From: a candidate division WS1 bacterium
Lineage (GTDB): Bacteria; Armatimonadota; Zipacnadia; Zipacnadales; Zipacnadaceae
Length of the DNA stretch: 63,824 bases
Direction: 5' to 3'
Assembly: GCA_012523355.1 (NCBI GenBank)
Contig: JAAYIR010000089.1
Span: 1 to 63,824, forward strand
Shown: piece by piece, positions 62,846 to 63,824 of the stretch
Layout: each line of letters begins with the position of its first letter
Numbering within the stretch: the first letter of the stretch is position 1
Translations under genes and position numbers: made by a program
The notes under the pieces: model-generated
What the model was told of the DNA's origin: nothing
Databases searched by the model: none
The model's input: the letters and a program-made list of their open reading frames with translations, nothing else

Positions 62846-63670
62846 ATGAAGCGCTCGGGTTTTACCCTCATTGAGCTGCTGGTGGTGATAGCCATCATCG
62901 CCATCCTCGCAGCCATCCTCTTCCCCGTCTTTGAGCGCGCCAAGCAGAAGGCCCAATCCGCCTCCTGCATGAGCAACCTCAAACAGATGGCCCTGGCCAC
63001 GCTTATGTACTGCCACGACTGGGACGCCATGACGCCCCTTCGGCCGGGGGCCCCCAACCACCAGAGCCCGGGCAGTTTGGAGTTCGTCCCGCCGAAAGGC
63101 GACGGCACCGACAACCCGGCCGGCTGGGGCGGCTGGGACGGCTGGATGTGGCCGTACACCCAGAGCGAGGAGATGTGGAAATGCCCCGCAGCCCCCAACA
63201 TGTCCGGCTACAGGACCACCGGCAGCACCCTGATCATGTACCACTATGTGGGGAATGGGGCCTATGACGCAGCCGGGGGGCCCCGCTCCTGGTGCAACAA
63301 GTCCATGGACTACATTCAGTATCCGGCCCACATGGCCATCTTCATGGATGGCTCCTGCAACTTCTATTACCACATTGAGACCCGCATCGTCGGCGGGGTG
63401 CCCACGTACTATTCCGTCCATGACAGCGCCTGGTACTCTTCCACCAGCAATGCAGTCGTGCCCAACACCACCTATCCGAACTGGGAGCCGCCGTGTTTTG
63501 GCTACATCACCGGCGGCACCCCCGGCTGGCTGATCATGGGCAACCACACGGGCATGGCTAACGTCGCCTTCCTGGACGGCCACGTGGCCCCCTATACCCC
63601 GGCGGTGCTCGCCGCCAACCAACTGTACTACTTTGACGCCAGTGGCACCGGCGGCCAGGCCAATCCTTAG
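62846..63670 (+). CDS. Prepilin-type N-terminal cleavage/methylation domain protein, DUF1559 (H-X9-DG) family
   Basis: [42 protein letters not shown], and C-terminal [12 protein letters not shown] (H-X9-DG). The ATG at 62846 lies 8 nt after AAGGAG. Confidence 0.9.
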   Translation: MKRSGFTLIELLVVIAIIAILAAILFPVFERAKQKAQSASCMSNLKQMALATLMYCHDWDAMTPLRPGAPNHQSPGSLEFVPPKGDGTDNPAGWGGWDGWMWPYTQSEEMWKCPAAPNMSGYRTTGSTLIMYHYVGNGAYDAAGGPRSWCNKSMDYIQYPAHMAIFMDGSCNFYYHIETRIVGGVPTYYSVHDSAWYSSTSNAVVPNTTYPNWEPPCFGYITGGTPGWLIMGNHTGMANVAFLDGHVAPYTPAVLAANQLYYFDASGTGGQANP

Positions 63671-63744
63671 CGGAGTAGGAGAGGTCTCTGGCCTATCACA
63701 GCCGAAACAGACGCCCGGCGTACCCAGCACAGGAGGTGCTGAAC

Positions 63745-63824
63745 ATGAACCGCAAAGCTTTTACCCTCATTGAGCTTCTGGTGGTCATAGCGATCATCGC
63801 CATCCTGGCGGCGATCCTCTTTCC
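63745..63824 (+). CDS. Prepilin-type N-terminal cleavage/methylation domain protein (5' fragment; continues beyond the window)
   Basis: [26 protein letters not shown] after an AGGAGG RBS. Truncated by the window edge. Confidence 0.8.
   Translation, partial: MNRKAFTLIELLVVIAIIAILAAILF

Noticed and set aside
62828-63730. 300-aa minus-strand ORF.
   Set aside because: It is antisense to the DUF1559 gene, which has a canonical prepilin N-terminus, an RBS and a promoter on the plus strand.

Overview
GC-rich bacterial chromosomal segment, densely coded on both strands. I support about 62 protein-coding genes, 7 tRNAs, one intrinsic terminator and four sigma70-like promoters, three of them with an adjacent palindrome or hairpin. 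I saw no rRNA, CRISPR array, transposase or integrase. Three paralogous prepilin-type DUF1559 (H-X9-DG) genes, many Gfo/Idh/MocA, xylose-isomerase-like TIM-barrel, ThuA and URO-D-like genes, and a Firmicute-like rsmA-ispE-prs-ctc-pth order suggest an Armatimonadota- or Planctomycetota-like organism; this is inference only. Most content is housekeeping (lpdA, leuC-type dehydratase, pth, L25/Ctc, prs, ispE, rsmA, mnmA, cysteine desulfurase, folC, comEA, comEC, pdxS, pdxT, NfnAB-like, GH57 branching enzyme) or carbohydrate metabolism. Two loci look accessory. (1) At 6664..9674 (minus strand), an uncharacterised 250-aa protein, a long QatC/Cap9-type QueC-like PP-loop ATPase and a Tat-signal metallophosphoesterase form a tightly coupled three-gene unit. 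It has the QatB-QatC core architecture of the Qat anti-phage system but lacks the QatA ATPase and QatD TatD nuclease. This is my best candidate for an undescribed system. (2) At 12466..13196, a mazEF-type toxin-antitoxin cassette has its own promoter and operator, and is bracketed by a duplicated 3' end of the upstream dehydrogenase gene. Gene starts were refined by eye from ATG/GTG/TTG codons plus Shine-Dalgarno-like motifs. All family assignments come from motif recognition, not database searches.
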